64,000 bases of DNA, taken from NCBI GenBank assembly GCA_963814585.1, contig CAWFDF010000004.1:288001-352000 (forward strand), given 5' to 3'. Source of the DNA: an uncultured delta proteobacterium. GTDB lineage: Bacteria > Myxococcota > Myxococcia > Myxococcales > Anaeromyxobacteraceae. The notes beneath the pieces are model-generated. The model had not been told where the DNA came from and made no database searches. It saw only the letters and a program-made list of their open reading frames with translations. How positions within the stretch are numbered: position 1 is the stretch's first letter; each line of letters opens with the position of its first letter. This document shows positions 30,395 through 41,200 of this stretch, piece after piece. A program made the translations under genes and the position numbers.

Positions 30395-32351
30395 TACTTC
30401 ACCTGAACCGTCACGGTCGCGGCGTTGGAGCGCGCGCCGGCGTCGTCCTTCACCGTGTAGGCGAAGGAGTCGGTCCCCACGAACCTCCGCTTCGGCGTGT
30501 AGGTCACCGTCCCGTTGCTCTTCCTGGTCACCGAGCCGTTCCGGGGCGAGGTGACGATGGTGAGGGTGCTGGGCACGATGGCCCCATCCACGTCGCCGTC
30601 GTTGGCCAGCACCGCCACGTTCACGGCCACGTTGCGGGGCGTCGTGGCGGCGTCGGCGACGGCGACGGGCGGGTCGTTGACCGCGGTGACCGAGATGGAG
30701 ACCGTGGCGGCCGCGCTCTGCTGCGTGCCGTCGCTGGCCAGGTAGGAGAAGGAATCGGGCCCGCTGAAGTTCGGCGCCGGCGTGTAGATGAAGCCGCCGC
30801 TGGCCTGGAGGGTGAGCGTGCCGTGGGTGGGTCCGGCGACCAGGACCGCGGACAGCGGCTGGCCCGAGGGCGCGGCGTCGTTCACCAGGACGCCGGGCGA
30901 ACCGACCGCCAGCGTGACGTCCTCGGAGACGGCGTACGCGTCGTCCCCCGCCGTGGGCGGCGCCGGGGGCGGTGGAGGAGGCGGCGGCGGTGGAGGCGGC
31001 GGTGGTGGTGGAGGCGGTGGCGGCCCTGCGAGCAGCGCGTCGTACGCCGCCCCGGCGTGCACCCAGCCGGAGCCGAAGACGTCGTCCGGCCCGGCCGCGC
31101 CCAGGTCGGTGGCCGACTGCTTCAGGGCCACTCCGATGGCCTCCGCGGGGGACGCCGGGAACGCCCCGGCCAGCAGCGCAGCGACGCCCGTGACGTGGGG
31201 CGCCGCCACCGAGGTCCCGCTCACGCCGGCGTAGAAGGCGTAGAGGTCCGAGGTGAGGACGTTGACCCCGGGCGCCACCAGGTCGGGGTAGGTGGCGCCG
31301 CCGCAGGCCGATGGGCCCCGGCTGCTGTCGAACGCGATGCTCCCCAGGTCGTTGGTGGCCCCCACCGAGAGCGCCTCGGGGTAGTTGGCCGGGCTCACGC
31401 TGGTGGCGGCGCCCGGGCCGAAGTTGCCGGCGGCGAAGACCGGGAGGATCCCGGCGGCCCGCAGCGCCTGGAGGTCGGCCTGGAACTCGAGGTTGCACCC
31501 GGGCGAACCGAAGCTCCAGGAGCCGTTGACGATGTCGGGGGCGTCGTCGGTGGCGGGGTCGCCATCGGGATCGAGCGACCACTGGAAGGCGGCGTGGATG
31601 GCGCTGGCGGTGGCCGACCCGGCGTCGCTGAAGATCTTGGCGGCGATCCAGGTGGCGCCGGGGCGACGCCGATGGTGGTCCCGCCGGCGTCCCCGCCGAC
31701 GATGACGCCCAGGGTCCAGGTGCCGTGGCCGCTGGGATCGTACGGGGCCGCGTGCTGGCCATACGGATCGAACCAGCTGTTGGCGCCGCCGCGCCACCTG
31801 GACGCGAGGTCCGGGTGGCTCGCGTCCGCGCCGCTGTCGAGGGTGGCCACCACCACGCCGTCTCCCGTGAAGCCCAGGCTCCAGAGCTCCGGCGCGTGGG
31901 TGGCCGTGACGTTGGCCTCCGGCGGCCCCGCCGGCGGGGTGCCATTCGGCACGACGGCGACGGCGTCGAGCGTCACCGCCTCCACCGCCGGCAGGGCGGC
32001 GACCAGGCGGATCACCGGACCCGTGGCGGTGAGAGCGAGGCCGTTGACGACCCAGAGCGGCCTGAAGCGCGCCACCCCCCCGGCGCCCTGGCGAGCCTCC
32101 AGCCAGGAGCGGATGGGACCCTGGGAGGAGTCGGCGCGGCTCCGCAGCGCCTGGATGGCGGCGCGGCGGCGCGCCGCCCGGTCCCCGCCGACGGCGCCGA
32201 GGTCGGCGCGGTCCCTCAGGTGCACCATCACCGGGAGCGTCTCCCCCCGTGGCAGTCCGGCCAGCGCCGCCTGGACCTCGGCGGAGAGCTCCCCGGCCGC
32301 GGCCGGCAGCGCCACCGCCATCGCCACCAGCATCGCGATCTTCCTCGTCAT
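30394..32351 (-). CDS. Secreted S8 serine peptidase with polyproline linker and two Ig-like (Big_9/tandem-95-like) domains; frameshift ~31660
   Basis: Triad LDSG / GHGT / GTSVAAPHV, signal peptide, AVNDPPVAVAD and DSFSY/DSFAY repeats. Confidence 0.87.
30964..31023 (-). repeat. Run of about 20 Pro codons
   Basis: Consecutive CCN codons on the minus strand. Confidence 0.9.
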
Positions 32352-32373
32352 GGTCCGCCCCTCCCCGTCACCT

Positions 32374-32866
32374 CTAGTTCGCCACCACCGGCTCCACCCG
32401 GACGTCCCCGAAGGCCACGGCCACCCGGGTTCCCGGGTGGATGACGCTGCGTGCATTCGGGTAGAGGAGGAAGCAGGCGGCGTTCTTCTGGATGCGGACG
32501 TTTCGCATCGCCCCGTGCGACGGGGCCTGGAGCTCGGACTCGCTCCCCTCCGCCATCAGGCGCGGCAGCTTCCCGTGTTCGGCGAGGATGGGGCGCGCCT
32601 TGGCCGGGTCGAGGACGGTGAACCGGAAGTCCACCAGCCCCCCACCCCCGATCACGGCGATCCGGTCGATGCGGACCCCGTAGCTCGTCTCGAGCGTGGC
32701 CGCCGAGATGGCCCTCCCGCTCGCCGGCACGGACGCCGGCGTCGCCTGGTCGGCCCGCGCGGAGCCGGGGGAGGACCGCCACCAGCGCGATGCCGAGGGT
32801 GAGGGCCAGCCTGCCCAGGCGGGCGGCGTGCCCGGCCCTCCACCATCGGCTCGACGAACCTTGCAT
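32374..32866 (-). CDS. Hypothetical secreted or membrane-anchored protein; frameshift ~32765
   Basis: Hydrophobic N-terminal ORF joins the GGGLVDFRFTVLDPAKA-containing ORF; operonic spacing. Confidence 0.6.
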
Positions 32867-32875
32867 CGCGCGCTC

Positions 32876-35447
32876 CTAGTTGACCGTGATGGTGACCGTG
32901 GCCGGCGGCGTCACCTTGCCGTTCAGCAACTCGGTGTAGGTGAACGTGTAGGTCCCGCGCTTGGAGGCCGCCCGGGCGGCTCCGTTGGCCCCGACGCCGT
33001 TGAGCGTCACCCGGTACGCGCCGTTGGTGCAGACCGTGTTGCCGCCGATGGCCGGCGTGGCGCCGGTCCCCAGCCCGCCCGGGCAGGTCACCGTGATGGT
33101 CCCCGCGCCGGTGCCGGCAGTCCGCACCGGGGCGCTCGCCAGCCTGGCGGTGCGCCCGGCCGCTCCGACGGGCAGGTCATTGGCGAGCACGCCAGCGGCC
33201 GCGTTCGCGTCGCTGGTCTGCGTCGCGTTGTTGTTGGCCGTGATGGCCCGGGCGTCGTTCACGGCGCTCGGCACGGTCAGCGTCGCGCTGCGCACCGGGC
33301 TCCAGTTGCCGGCTCCGTCGCGCACCCGGGCACGCGACGGTGTGGACGCCACCGGTCGAGGCGCTGATCGTGGTGCTGGTCCCCGTGAACGAGGTGGCGT
33401 TCGCCGGAGGCGTGGTCGTCCCGTCGAACCAGTACTGGCCGCCGGTGACGCCGCTGGCGAGGCCTCCGACCAGCGGATCGGTGGCGCCGTTCGCCGTCAG
33501 GGTGACGGCCTCGGCGATGATGGCGGTGGTCGGCGACAGCGCGATGCTGGTGAGCGCCGGGGCCGCCTTGTCGATGAGCAGGGCGACCGAGCTGGTCGGG
33601 CCCCAGTTGCCGGCCGCGTCCTTGCCCCGGACGAGGATGGCGTGGTTGCCCACCGGGAGGGCGTTGATGGTCGAGAGCGGGATGTCGGCGGAGGCGGCCT
33701 CCGACAGGCTGCCGAAGATGCCGTCGACCGGGACGAACTGGAAGCCGGTCCCCGGGGCGCCGGCGGTGTCGATGAAGCCCTCGCCGGCGGCGATGCGGGA
33801 GGCCGCATCGGCCAGGGTGGCGGTGACGCGCACCACGGCGGTGTTCGAGTTCACGGCCTGGGCGCCGTTGTTCGGGTTGGGCGTGGCGATGACGCTGCTC
33901 GCGACGGGCCCGGTCTTGTCCACCAGGAGGCTGGCGGTGGCGAAGGCGCCCCAGTTGCCGAGGGCGTCCTGGCTGCGGACCGAGACCACGTGCGGGCCGG
34001 CCGGCAGGGCCGCGACGGTCGCGGCGGGGATGGTCCCGGTCAGGCTGGCGACGGGGTCCGCCGCGTTGACGGTCAGTGACGTTCCGGTCCCGGGAGCCGG
34101 CGCTCCGGCCGGATCGATGAAGTACTCGGCCGCGGCGATGTTGGCGTTGCCGGTGGCGCGATCGTCGCCCGTGGCGCTGACCGCCACGTTCGCCGAGCCG
34201 TTGCTCGGGTTGGGGGCCAGGACCAGGCCGGTGGTGGCGGGCCCGGTGACATCGACGGAGAACGCGATCGAACGGGCCGCGCCCCAGTTGCCGAGGTCAT
34301 CCTGGCCGTTCACCGAGACGACGTGGCTCCCTGGAGGCTGCGCCGGAAGGACCGCTCCCAGGGTCACCGCGCCGGCAGGCGTGGCGACCGGCATGCCGAC
34401 CGGGCGTGCCCGAGTCGACCCAGTACTGCGCCGCCGTCACGGTTCGACCAGCGCCGGCCGCGATCGTGGCCGTCAACTGGCTGGCCAGGAGCGAGAGCGC
34501 CGTGACGGTCGGGGCCGGCCGCGGGCGGCGTCCCGCCCACCGAGAGGAAGGTGAGCATCCCGCCGAAGCCCTGGGCGCGGTTGTTGAACAGGTTCAGGCT
34601 GCCGTCCATCAGGGCGAACTGGCCGGTGGCGCCGGCCGGGACCGTGGCGATCGCGTCCATGGTCTGCCCGGGGGCGATGGTCTCCGCCACGCGGAGGCCG
34701 GGATGGGTGAGCGGGCTGCCGTCCTTGGCCACCACGGCCTGCTGCATGCCGAGCATGGTCATCGAGTGGTGCTGGACCCCCGCGTTGAGGTAGCGGAGCA
34801 GGACCTTGTTGCCGGCCGAGGCTCGCGATGGGCGCGGTGCCCGGGTAGGCCTTTCCGTTGATGAGGAAGTACTTGGGCGCGAAGTTCCGCATGTCGAAGG
34901 TGGCCGGGTTCGCCCTGCCGTTGAGCGCCGGGTCGAGCTCGGAGAGCACCAGCACGGCCTCGTCGTCGTAGGCCGTGGCCGCGGTGCCGTAGGCCTGGGG
35001 CGGGATCGTGGCCGGCGGCCGCACGATGAGCGCACCGTGGAGCCCCATGGCCACCTGGTGCTGCGAGTTGGGGAGCGGGCCGGCCTCGTAGAGGAAGGTG
35101 CCGGGGTTGGTCGCCGTGAAGGTGTAGGAGATCGAGCCGGCGGCGGCCGCGCCCACCGTGTCGGGGACCAGCGCCTGACCCTGGAAGAGGAGCCCGGTCG
35201 GCTCGCCCAGGAGGTTGTGGAGCGTGACGGTCACGACGTCTCCCTGGGCGACGTCGAGGACCGGGCCACCGGGCGGCGATGACGGTCGCGTCGGCGGTCC
35301 GAGGTGTAGCCCAGGACAGGGAAGGACCTCGTGTCCGGCAGCGTGGTCGAGCCGCTCCTTGGCGTAGAGGTCGAAGGTTGCCGCCTGTGCCGCCCCCGCC
35401 AGGAGCAGGAGGCCGAGTCCAAAGGCGTGCCGTAGGTAGGTGGTCAT
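32876..35447 (-). CDS. Cupredoxin (multicopper-oxidase-like) protein C with C-terminal Ig-like repeats; about 7 apparent frameshifts
   Basis: Signal peptide, PGGPVL..QGD.VTVTLHN, PGTFLY, FLINGKAYP, IAPGQT.D; no Cu-ligand motifs; four GNW-ending repeats. Confidence 0.72.
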
Positions 35448-35461
35448 GGCGAGCTCCGGTG

Positions 35462-36766
35462 CTACGGGCAGTCGTTCGGCAGCGGGGGATCGATCCGGAG
35501 GTAGGTGACCGGTCCGGACATGACCACGCCCCAGGAGGTGATCTGATACAGGGCGTGGTTGTGGGAGATGATGTAGAACTCGCCGCACTGGTTGAGCGTG
35601 TTGGTGCCGGGCGGGAGCGGCCCCTTCTCACCCAGGTAGGGGCTCCCGCTGTAGAACATCCCGGGCACCAGGTTGGCGACGTTGCTGGTGACGACCGGGA
35701 TCGGGTTCGTCACCGGCGAGTAGCCCTCGGCGTCCCGCCACTTGAAGCTGACGTCCCAGGTCTGGCCGGGGCCGATGTTGATGGCGAACTTCTCGAAGGA
35801 GAGGTCCTGGCCCGCCGAGCCCTCGAGCGGCCAGCCGTCCCGGCCGATGACCAGGCCGTTGTTGCCGTGCGGATGGAAGGGGTAGTTCTCGCTCCCGACG
35901 CTGAGGTAGCGGATCAGGCCCGGGTCCGGGTGGTAGCTCGGATCGCCGGGCGCGGCGGTGTTCATCTCGTGGATCCGCGCCAGGGCCCCGTAGGGCTGGC
36001 TCGGCAGCCAGGAGGCGAAGTTGTCGGCGATGGTGTCGGGGAAGCCACGGCCGTTCACCATCCAGTAGCGCGGATGGTAGAGGGTGATGTTGAAGGGCTG
36101 CCCCGCCTCCGCCGCCTGGTGCTGGTACGGATCGATCTCCGAGAGCAGCACCATGAACTCCTCGCCCAGCGTGAATTTGCTGTCGGGCCGGTCGTAGGCC
36201 TGCTCGGGGCTCCCGGCCGGCCGCACCACCAGCGCGCCGAAGTACCCCATGCGGACCTGCTTCTGGGGCTCGGTGCCGCTCTGGTACAGGAAGGTGCCGG
36301 GCCGGCTGGCCACGAAGCTGTAGGTGACGCTCCCCCCGTTCCTGGGCGCGACGTTGGTCAGCGAGGTGAGCTTGCCGGTGGCGTCGAACTGGGGCTGGGC
36401 CGGGGCCCCGTCGGCCAGGACGCCCTCCTGGCCGGGGAAGACGATGGAGACGTCCTCGGGGGAGCCGTTCTGCAGGTTGATCGTGACCGTCTCACCCGCG
36501 GTGACGCACAGCACCGGGCCGGGGTGCTGGAACGGCTGCCCCGCCGCGGTGTAGCCCAGCATGTACATGGTGTTGCCGTCCGGGAGGTTGATGTACCCGG
36601 CGCTGGTGGACAGGTTGAAGCTCGGGCCGGTGGTGCAGGCGATGCCCACCGCCGGCGCCTGGGCAGCTGCCGGAGGGGCGTGGGCGGCCAGGGCCGCCGC
36701 CCCGGCCGCCAGGCCCAGCTTGACCGCGACGACCCACCGCATTCCCTTGGTCCGCTGTGCGCGCAT
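35462..36766 (-). CDS. Two-domain multicopper-oxidase-like protein B
   Basis: HPGPVLC, PGTFLY, NGRGFPDT; domain 2 carries FHPHG and SHNH. Confidence 0.85.
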   Translation of the reverse strand: MRAQRTKGMRWVVAVKLGLAAGAAALAAHAPPAAAQAPAVGIACTTGPSFNLSTSAGYINLPDGNTMYMLGYTAAGQPFQHPGPVLCVTAGETVTINLQNGSPEDVSIVFPGQEGVLADGAPAQPQFDATGKLTSLTNVAPRNGGSVTYSFVASRPGTFLYQSGTEPQKQVRMGYFGALVVRPAGSPEQAYDRPDSKFTLGEEFMVLLSEIDPYQHQAAEAGQPFNITLYHPRYWMVNGRGFPDTIADNFASWLPSQPYGALARIHEMNTAAPGDPSYHPDPGLIRYLSVGSENYPFHPHGNNGLVIGRDGWPLEGSAGQDLSFEKFAINIGPGQTWDVSFKWRDAEGYSPVTNPIPVVTSNVANLVPGMFYSGSPYLGEKGPLPPGTNTLNQCGEFYIISHNHALYQITSWGVVMSGPVTYLRIDPPLPNDCP

Positions 36767-36785
36767 GGTCTCTTCTCCTTGCGAA

Positions 36786-38142
36786 CTAGGTGTTGGGGAG
36801 CAGCTGGGCCGGGAGCGTGCCCGCCGGGTAGACCCGCACTTCCGTGCGCTGCCCGCCGAAGCCGCCGGCCAGGTTGTTCGAGCGCTCGAAGGCGCGGTTG
36901 TAGAGGAGGTAGGTGTCCGGCCCCGGGTTGCCGCTGTGCGGCGGCGCCGTGAAGATGGCGTCGACGCTCTCGCCGGCGCCGAACGACACGGTGCTGGCCT
37001 CGTAGCTGGTGTCGGTCCCGTCGCGCCCCCGCATCGGCGTGGCGTCCTTGCCGACCACCCTCATCTTGATCCCGGCCAGCGTCATGGACGACTCCTTGAA
37101 GCCCAGGTTGGCGAAGCGCAGGAGCACGCGCTCGCCGGCGTTGCAGGTCACCAGGGCCGAGAGCGGCTGGTACTGGAGATCGGGGCGTCCGGCCGGGGCG
37201 ATCAGGTCGCCATCGGGGGCGCGCACCATCGAGAGGGTGTTCCTGGACCTGGCCGGATCCGGGTCGATCGGCGCATTGGGCGCCAGCGTGTCCGGGTAGA
37301 CCCGGCCGTTGAGGAGGGCGAAGTCGACGTGGTAGTCGCTCCACTCCGGGAGCTGGATGTGGGCGTCGGCCCAGTGCGCCTCGGCCCAGATCTCCGAGAG
37401 GAACATGGCGAACTCGCGGTGGTAGCCGGTGGATCCGTCGCCGTCGTTGTAGGCGAACCTGGTGAAGCCGCCGAAGCTCTGGCCATCCTGCAGCGGCCGC
37501 ACGAAGACGGGGCCGGTCATCCCCATGTGGACGTGCTCCACGTCCTCCACGTGGCAGTGGAACATGTAGGTCCCGGGCTCGCGCGGGCGGTAGACGTAGG
37601 TGAAGAAGCGCCCGGCGGGCACCGACGACCGAGCCGGTCGGCTCGCCGTCGAAGAACGGGATGACGTTGCGGAAGCCGTGCCAGTGGACGGTGTGCTCGT
37701 CGAACAGGTCCGGCCGGATCGCCAGCCCCAGGTTGGTGAGCTGGATCTTGAAGTCCTTCGGGCTGGCCGGGTTGAACTGGTCCACCCAGAACATCGGCGC
37801 CGAGTGCTGGGCCCGGCTCTTCTGGCCGGACACCAGGGTGGCGTCCAGGCCGGTGACGTCCCGGAAGCCGAAGATGTAGGTGGTGAACGGGGCGGGGGCG
37901 AGGTTGTCCGGGTGGAACACGCCGATCGGCGGTGACGCCGGCAGCGAGATCCAGCCGTCGGTCCCGGCCAGGAAGAGGTCGTAGGGCTCGGCGGCGGCGG
38001 CGGTCCCCACCCCGGCCGGCAGGAGCGCCTTCCTGAGGAAGCCCGGCATCAGGCCGACCCCGGCCGACGCCACCAGCGCCCCGCCTGCACCCTTGAGGAA
38101 GCTCCGCCGGTCGAACAGCTTGCCAGGTGACTTTCCGCTCAT
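36786..38142 (-). CDS. Tat-exported two-domain multicopper-oxidase-like protein A with type 1 Cu site; frameshift ~37625
   Basis: DRRSFLKG Tat motif, HTVHWHG, FHCHVEDVEHVHMGM. Confidence 0.87.
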
Positions 38143-38239
38143 GACGCGTCTCCTTTGGATACCGAAGGTCCTGATGCAGGGATGGTTCGAGGTGGAGGGA
38201 GGGGGCGAGGGACGGGCCCCCACCCCCTCCCGCCTTCCG

Positions 38240-41200
38240 TCAGGGGACGGCCCCTCCCCGGAAGTCGTCGGCGCGGGCGCCCGCCGGGAGCTGGAGGCCG
38301 ACGCGGCCGCCTCCCGTGGAGTTCGACAGGTTCGAGCGTCCGAGGTAGGTGGTGACCGACGCGGCGGTCGTCCGCCACACGTCCACCGAGCCGTCCACGT
38401 TGGCGACCGCCGTGAGCGTGTCCCCCGTGGCGAAGGCTCCCGCCAGCGTCCCCAGCGTCGCGAAGTTCGGGGTTGCGGTGTTCCCGGTGGTGGTCCTCCG
38501 GACCAGCACCTGGCCCCCATTGGCCGGCTGGTACTGGACCCGGAGGTAGTTGGCCGGGTTGTTCGCCGTGCCAGCCCCGTTCGTCACCTTCAGGAGGAGG
38601 CTCTCGCCGCCGGATGGCGCCGTCCGGAACGTGAAGGCCGCGCCCTGCCTGGTGCCGAAGTTCGGGGAAGGCCCGGCCCAGTTCGCCTGGCCGGCGAGGA
38701 GTGCATAGGCCTGGCTGGCGTTGACCCGGATCGACGCCGCGCCGAGGACCGTCACCTGGTTCCAGTTTCCACCGAGGTTGTTCGAGTTGGCCCGGCTGAA
38801 GGCGTCGAGGACGGCCAGCGTGGGAAGGATCGGCGCTGGAGGAGGCGGCGGGGTGACCTGGCCAAGCTCGTCCGCGCCGACGTCGTAGCTGCCGCCGGCC
38901 GGCCGGGGCTGGCCGTCGATGTCGAACGCGGGGGCGGCAACCGTGGTGGCCCCGACCGTCTTGCTCGCCGCTCCGGCGTTGACGGCCGGCGAGGTGTCCT
39001 TGAGGTGGTAGTTGCCCATCAGGGTTGGCGGGACGTCCACCGCCACCAGGATGGCGCCGATGAAGGCGGGGTTGTTCCGCCAGACGTTGAAGCTCACCGA
39101 GGCGTCGTAGGTGGCGACCACGGCCGGGTCGACGCCGACCTGGTTGGTGGGGCTGGCGTTGGTGCCCGTGCTCGACTGCAGCACCGAGCTGGTGGGGGAG
39201 AGCAGCCCCGAGGCGTCGGAGGCGCCCATGTCCCAGGTGCTGATCGGGCTGGCGTCCCCGGTGATGCCAAGGCCCGTCACCGTGCTCCCGGCCCGGGTCC
39301 CGGCCCGGTTGTCCCAGAAGATGTTGTTGAACTGGAGCGGGTCGCTGAAGATGGGCGAGCCTGCCGGCAGCGTGCCCTGCAGCAGGACGCTGTTCTCCGA
39401 GGTGGAGAGGCCGGCCGGGGCCGCCGAGCCGCTGCTGGTGACGGCGGTGGCGGTGGTGAGGTTCTTCATCACGGTGTTGTTGAAGAACCGGACGGCGGGC
39501 GTGTCGTTGAGGCTGACGCCGCCGCCCTCGTGGGTGGAGACGTTGTTCACGATGAAGTTGTTGTAGACGTTCATCGGGAAGTTGCCGGCCATGAGGAACC
39601 GGATGCCGCCGCCGTCGTCGTTGGCGAGGTTGGCCTGGATGACGTTGTCGTGGATGTCCACCGGCCCCGAGCCCGGCGAGAGGACGGTCGGGCTGGACGG
39701 GAGCTGGCCGGCGATCATGATGCCGCCGCCCTCGTCGTAGGACTTGTTGAAGTAGACGCGGTTGTGGTGGATCTGGCCGCCGGGGCTGAGGCCGTAGGCG
39801 GTCAGGCCGCCGCCGTACTCGGCCGAGAAGTTGCCGCAGACGTCGTTGCCCGCCACCTCGTAGCCGTCGGCGCCGGCGAAGAGGCCGATGCCGCCGGCCA
39901 GGTTGGTCCCGCCGTTGGCGATGATGCGGTTGCTGGCGATGCGGACGCCCTCGTTGTGGTTGCTGGTGTCGGGCGCCGGCAGGTCCGGCGTCCCCACGCG
40001 GATGGTGCCGTAGGCGCCGCCGTTGTTCTGGACCACGTTGTTGGTGATCTGCAGGTTGCGGGCGTAGCCGTTGGCGAAGATCGCCCCGCCCTGGGTGATG
40101 AGCCCGCCCGGCTGGCCGGTGGGGCCGCCGCCGATGACGTTGATGTTGCCGGGGAAGCCCTGCTGGTCGCCGCCACGCAGGTCGAAGCCGTCGATGGAGG
40201 GCGCCGAGGCGGCGCTGAAGGCGGTCGGGAAGGCGTTGCGCCCGGTGGCGGGCACGAAGATCGAGATGACCGCGCCGTCGTAGATGGTCTGGTTGCCAGC
40301 CCAGGTCAGGGACAGGATCTTCGTGTACCAGTCGGCGGCCACCGGGCCGTCGCCGGCGAAGGCGCCGCCGTCGATGATCGAGCCGCGCACCGAGCCGTCG
40401 GGGCTGCCCGGGCCGACGCCCTGCAGCTTGACCTTGCTGGCGACGATGAGGTTCTCGTAGTAGGCCCCGCGTGGGTTCTGCCGAGGGTCGGCGCTGGGGA
40501 GGTTCGGGTAGACGACCACCAGGGCGCCCCGGTTGGCGTTCCCGTTCGACGCCGCGACGAACGTGGCCGCCGCGTCCAGGGCCCGCTGGATGGCGTGATT
40601 GGCCGCGGCCGGGAGCGAGTCGGCCGGCGCGTAGGTCCTGCCGGGGCCCACCTCGAAGATGGCCGGGTTGTAGCGCTGAGCCGTGGGGCCCGTCGTCTTG
40701 ATGACGTGGAAGGTGAGGCCGTTCACCGTGGCCTGCCCGTTGGCGGCGGTGACCCTGAGCTGCTGCGGGCCTCCGGGCGTGCTGCCGGGGACGGTCACCT
40801 GGATTTGCCCGTCGTTCCACGAGGTCGTCGGCAGGTTGACGCCGTTCAGCGTGACCTGGCCGGTGTCCTTGATGGCGCCGAAGCCCCGTCCCTGGATCGT
40901 GAAGGAGCGGTCCGTGTTGTTGCTGACGTTGGCGTGGGGCTGGGACACCGCGAAGAGCTGCGGCGTGGCCGCGTCGAGCGCGCAGCTCACGCTGTTGGTC
41001 TGCCCGCCGGGGAGCTGGACCACCACGCCCACCTGCGTCGGCGCCAGGTCGGCCGGCACGATGAGGCCGGGGATGGCCTCGAACTCGGCGGCGATGGTGC
41101 GGAACTCCGGCCGGTAGTTGGTGTTGAGGCGGCCCGGGACGCCCGGGTCGTTGCCGACCATCCGGTAGACGTTGGCGCAGACGCCGGACGGCGTGGGGCA

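Noticed and set aside
36786..38142. Copper nitrite reductase (NirK)
   Set aside because: Domain 1 has MCO-type HxH and HCH pairs and domain 2 lacks the His ligand region, so the pattern fits a trinuclear site completed by the neighbouring gene better.
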